Shown: one piece after another, positions 61,801 to 64,000 of the stretch
How the letters are laid out: each line of letters starts with the position of its first letter
Position numbering within the stretch: the stretch's first letter is position 1
Assembly: GCA_905178155.1 (NCBI GenBank)
Contig: CAJINV010000008.1
Location: forward strand, 868,001-932,000
Length of the DNA: 64,000 bases
Direction: 5' to 3'
Source of the DNA: Amoebophrya sp. A120
Lineage: Eukaryota > Protista > Dinoflagellata
Notes under the pieces: model-generated
Seen by the model: only the letters and a program-made list of their open reading frames with translations
Databases searched by the model: none
Told to the model about the DNA's origin: nothing
Translations under genes and position numbers: made by a program

Positions 61801-64000
61801 GATTTGTCAGGAGTTATGCGGATCGCCTGTGGAGATCAATCGGCGATGAACAAGATAAAACAAGCGACTTCGTGGTCCCAGAGGCTCCTAGTTTCAGTAC
61901 GACTTCTGATCATCATCTACCGACGGCTCAGAAAAGAGCGTCAACCGACAAGCTTCCGAACGAGGAGCTTTCAGATCTAGATGCAGAAAATAGCGCCGGC
62001 GTGGCTCCCGCCAAGTATCCCTCGACGCCGTACCTACCCTTCTCGCCTTCCGTTGCGAGTGGGGACGAGACACTGACTGCAGGTCGTGGGCTACTTTTCC
62101 AAACGTCACCGCTGACAGTAGGTAGTCGGGACGAGGAGAGGAAGCTGGGTCAATCCTACGAAGTCGTCATCACAGAGAAGCTGGACGGAGGAAATTGCTG
62201 CATCAAGGACGGTGGCGTGGTCTATGCGCGAACTCATGCCCATCCTGCCGATCACGCAAGTTTCCATGCGGTAAAGCAACTGCTGCGAGCCACACTGGTC
62301 CCTGTTTCATCGGCCGCAGCTTCGAGCACTGGCGCAGGGAAAAACAAAAGCTGCGATCCAAGCATGGCCGCCAGTTGTACTAGGCCGTTGGCCTCGCTGC
62401 TGCAGTCCAGCGTTCCGGCGGGGCTCGAACTGTACGGCGAAAACCTTTCCGCCGTCCACAGCATTCGCTATGAACCGGAGGTGAAGTTTCCCTTTTACCT
62501 CTTTGCCGTCCGTCTGGACGGCCTGTGGCTGAGCTGGGATCGCGTTGAGCACATTGCCAAGAAATTGCGCCTGCCACTAGTGCCTGTGAAGTACAAGGGA
62601 CCCGCACTGTCCTTGGAAGAGTTGGAGAGACGAATGGCCACATGGGCCCAAGAGCCCAGCGGAATATTGTTCTGCGAAAATGATCAAGACCACGAGGCTG
62701 AGGAGATGCAGCAGACCGGAGAAGGCGGTGCTCAGACGAGACTTACGCGCCCGGAGGGCTTTGTGGTACGGACCGCCGGTACAATACGAGACTTCTCAGC
62801 CAACGTTGCCAAGTACGTTCGCGCGAACCATTTGCAGACAGCTCCAGACTTTAAGCGTACGTGGCAACGGCAGCGAATTCGATTTTCTGACATGGGTGAG
62901 TTTCTAGAGTACGAACGGGACGATCCGCACAAAGAGACGAGCTCAGTCGAGGCGCTCCCTTCTGCAAGTGGTCCAGGTAGCGATTCGCTTGCTTGCACTC
63001 AAGGCGGGGAGAAAAAAATGCAGAATGAGCAAACTGGAAACGCTTCTAGCAACCACCGACACGACGGAGAGGACGCTCGTTCGGGTAAAAATGCCGGAGA
63101 AAAATCGTCCATTGCCGCCTGTGCGCCAAGGACCCAGGTTCGCCTCGTTGTTCTTGTGGGACTACCTGGGTCAGGCAAGTCGTCCTTTGTGTCCCGACTC
63201 CGTGCCGGATTTTTGCGATGCGGGTACGGACCCCCGATCGTGCTGTCGCAGGACGAGATCGGGCGCGAGGGGGTGGAGGGCGGCATTGGTGCGGCGTGGA
63301 AATCCGTGGCGAATGCTGCAAAGTCTAGTAGCAAGAAGAACGACCCTGCTCTGTTGGTTGTGGACCGCACGAACCTCCTGCAGCGAGACCGACTGCAGCT
63401 GCTTGATCTGTGTTTTCAACCACCCAAAGAGTCCGTCCTTTGTGTGTACTTTCCCGCGGATGCTGAGACGTGCACGGAACGGGTGCAGCTGCGTATGGAT
63501 CACCCGTCGATACCCTTTGGACGAGGTCGAAAAGTGGTTGAAAGCTTTATCCAACGTGGAATCGAAAGCCCTGACATGGACGACGGCCTATATCACGCGG
63601 TTGTCCGTTGCGCTTCTCACGTGGATGTCGACATCACGCTACAGAACTATTTCGGCGTGCTGCCTTTGCCAGAAAAAATCTCTGCTCGAGGAGGTTTTGC
63701 TCAAGAAGATGAACAAAAACCACACGACGAAACACGTGGCGCCAACGCATGCGAAGCGTCTGCAGAAGATTTAGACTGCCTGCGCACCGCTGTGCAAAAG
63801 GCATTACTGCCAGTTGATAACGCATGGCCGGCTCGTAAAATTTACTGGTTCAACGATGAGCGAGAGGTCTTTTACGTGCACGCGCAGGAAGCCAGAGGAT
63901 TTCCGCGAGTTGGGCACGTCGCCGGCCTGAACGCGCGTGTACGATTCTTTCCCGAGTACGAATGGTTGGACGAGGAAGCCGCCCAGGCGCGCGCTGCCAT
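58896..64000 (+). CDS. Multidomain RNA end-healing/sealing ('Swiss-army-knife' type) protein: 2H phosphodiesterase, TPR, RNA ligase, CX5R phosphatase, RNA ligase, polynucleotide kinase (3'-truncated by the window)
   Basis: Manual translation from ATG 58896 is open to the window end (~1700 codons). Motifs: YHHITIV (59031), DFHITLGF (59454), KYPRTMHL (60231), EEKLDGANVG (K at 60348), LFGEW, EGVVLR, MKLVR, IHCGGGKGRAGT (C at 61596), KYPSTPYL (62013), TEKLDGGNCC (K at 62178), LYGEN, EGFVVR, AKYVRANH, GLPGSGKS (63159), SQDE and VVDRTN. Confidence 0.92.
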   Translation, partial: MLRSQVVRGSLYVTGPQVEDMASRYCHRVDKGLRTHRKLRDGTVYHHITIVAAHEMPEDRTPKELAALFQKAGDEIAVGHAAGSSSCSKEVHEDAAASSADEKEEDKNPEEDGSHEDKGASKMSTLQRSISVDSHAFAQLDMRAVYAIGLGSATRKKSNQACYFVVLCFPRATAFREYLGLPRRDFHITLGFTGAGDLHDVAKGLDSLLPPAAGVRDHLPTGTDSYYLFEGHDDEAAATLVGPSTDDIWQMLAMAERRQVSRELQDHLLTVAGNSLQRQEHAGENHDAAADRDKCGSDHAHIQEIRTLQLQFLRCAAKLAGRRHHFHEVLMHVDRLLELEPGDLRGVQQKALALSRVGAPETCQKYVASHGHLLHGTPVVLERLLAKSGNKIITANRGGPKPWQGPATADDHRQEAVFREEDATTSPNEQEAQLRDDGGSVFIEKKYPRTMHLRNLGAATDDDVVAGEDGEGLFVNNGEVFVEEKLDGANVGFSVAGWEIRVQNRGHWVSSATSAQFSTIGDWVEAHRDALFRLLQNKHDNKIKRTTAVLFGEWCCLKHSVFYSKLPGYFIAFDFWNGSEFVSRKQFHTLLRGTGIPVVPILHKGPLPSFRFLTENLLDRCTSVFSAHDVETAIEGVVLRKELGGKLQHKMKLVRKEFQEGITQFWTRQKTTKNIIDYDWQQEYLERCYSEADFADPEGRRCECRDPASREQAQEEPQVDEEPVLPRLDPRKKVFSPRLGVQMMRNFSSVLPSILVGSTPVHADHILALEEDYAVELVITLTQECPLPRGWFVETEVIPHVDDATEVDEEASTARSTAFSGEAALGLTLQGVGTAEAKFVPAARGGAPASSNKARHAAKAVRCLFLPTPNYFSPSFAQVHAAIRKIASVVTKNNKRVFIHCGGGKGRAGTLAACCLLRFGLDGAALDVSGTSAGSSDEACGMTFASSSVVVRHLREIRPGSIETDHQERFVRSYADRLWRSIGDEQDKTSDFVVPEAPSFSTTSDHHLPTAQKRASTDKLPNEELSDLDAENSAGVAPAKYPSTPYLPFSPSVASGDETLTAGRGLLFQTSPLTVGSRDEERKLGQSYEVVITEKLDGGNCCIKDGGVVYARTHAHPADHASFHAVKQLLRATLVPVSSAAASSTGAGKNKSCDPSMAASCTRPLASLLQSSVPAGLELYGENLSAVHSIRYEPEVKFPFYLFAVRLDGLWLSWDRVEHIAKKLRLPLVPVKYKGPALSLEELERRMATWAQEPSGILFCENDQDHEAEEMQQTGEGGAQTRLTRPEGFVVRTAGTIRDFSANVAKYVRANHLQTAPDFKRTWQRQRIRFSDMGEFLEYERDDPHKETSSVEALPSASGPGSDSLACTQGGEKKMQNEQTGNASSNHRHDGEDARSGKNAGEKSSIAACAPRTQVRLVVLVGLPGSGKSSFVSRLRAGFLRCGYGPPIVLSQDEIGREGVEGGIGAAWKSVANAAKSSSKKNDPALLVVDRTNLLQRDRLQLLDLCFQPPKESVLCVYFPADAETCTERVQLRMDHPSIPFGRGRKVVESFIQRGIESPDMDDGLYHAVVRCASHVDVDITLQNYFGVLPLPEKISARGGFAQEDEQKPHDETRGANACEASAEDLDCLRTAVQKALLPVDNAWPARKIYWFNDEREVFYVHAQEARGFPRVGHVAGLNARVRFFPEYEWLDEEAAQARAA

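Noticed and set aside
62968-63774. 268-aa + strand ORF in the track
   Set aside because: It is an alternative frame overlapping the kinase domain of the real 58896-64000 frame.

Overview
Eukaryotic nuclear DNA, most likely from a parasitic syndinian dinoflagellate (Amoebophrya-like). This is inferred from the unidirectional gene array, the insert-rich proteins and the invasive non-canonical introns. About 12 protein-coding genes are present, all on the + strand: two small hypothetical genes, UDP-glucose:glycoprotein glucosyltransferase (UGGT), an LPCAT-like acyltransferase, a membrane-anchored CotH-like (pseudo)kinase with a long charged helical stalk, a low-complexity PAM2-motif protein, a 2OG-Fe(II) oxygenase, RAD54B-like translocase, a possible papain-fold protein, a cytochrome-b5-domain membrane protein, an EF-hand protein, and a >1700-aa intronless RNA end-healing/sealing protein. 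That last protein (2H phosphodiesterase, TPR, RNA ligase, CX5R phosphatase, second RNA ligase, polynucleotide kinase) is missing from the supplied ORF track because it runs off the window. Fifteen 146-406 bp elements with TAT...(A)TA terminal inverted repeats and 5-bp target duplications interrupt five genes. Each must be removed precisely (element plus one TSD copy) to restore the frame, and none offers GT-AG ends. They fall into about 8 TIR families that share a terminal architecture and an internal TTGT(C/G/A)ATGC motif, and one family occurs in both orientations. A 2.5-kb rearranged island carrying three copies of a 44-47 bp repeat lies at 34.6-37.1 kb. I found no rRNA, tRNA, CRISPR array or autonomous transposase. 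Exon boundaries were derived by hand from reading-frame and motif continuity, not from transcripts.
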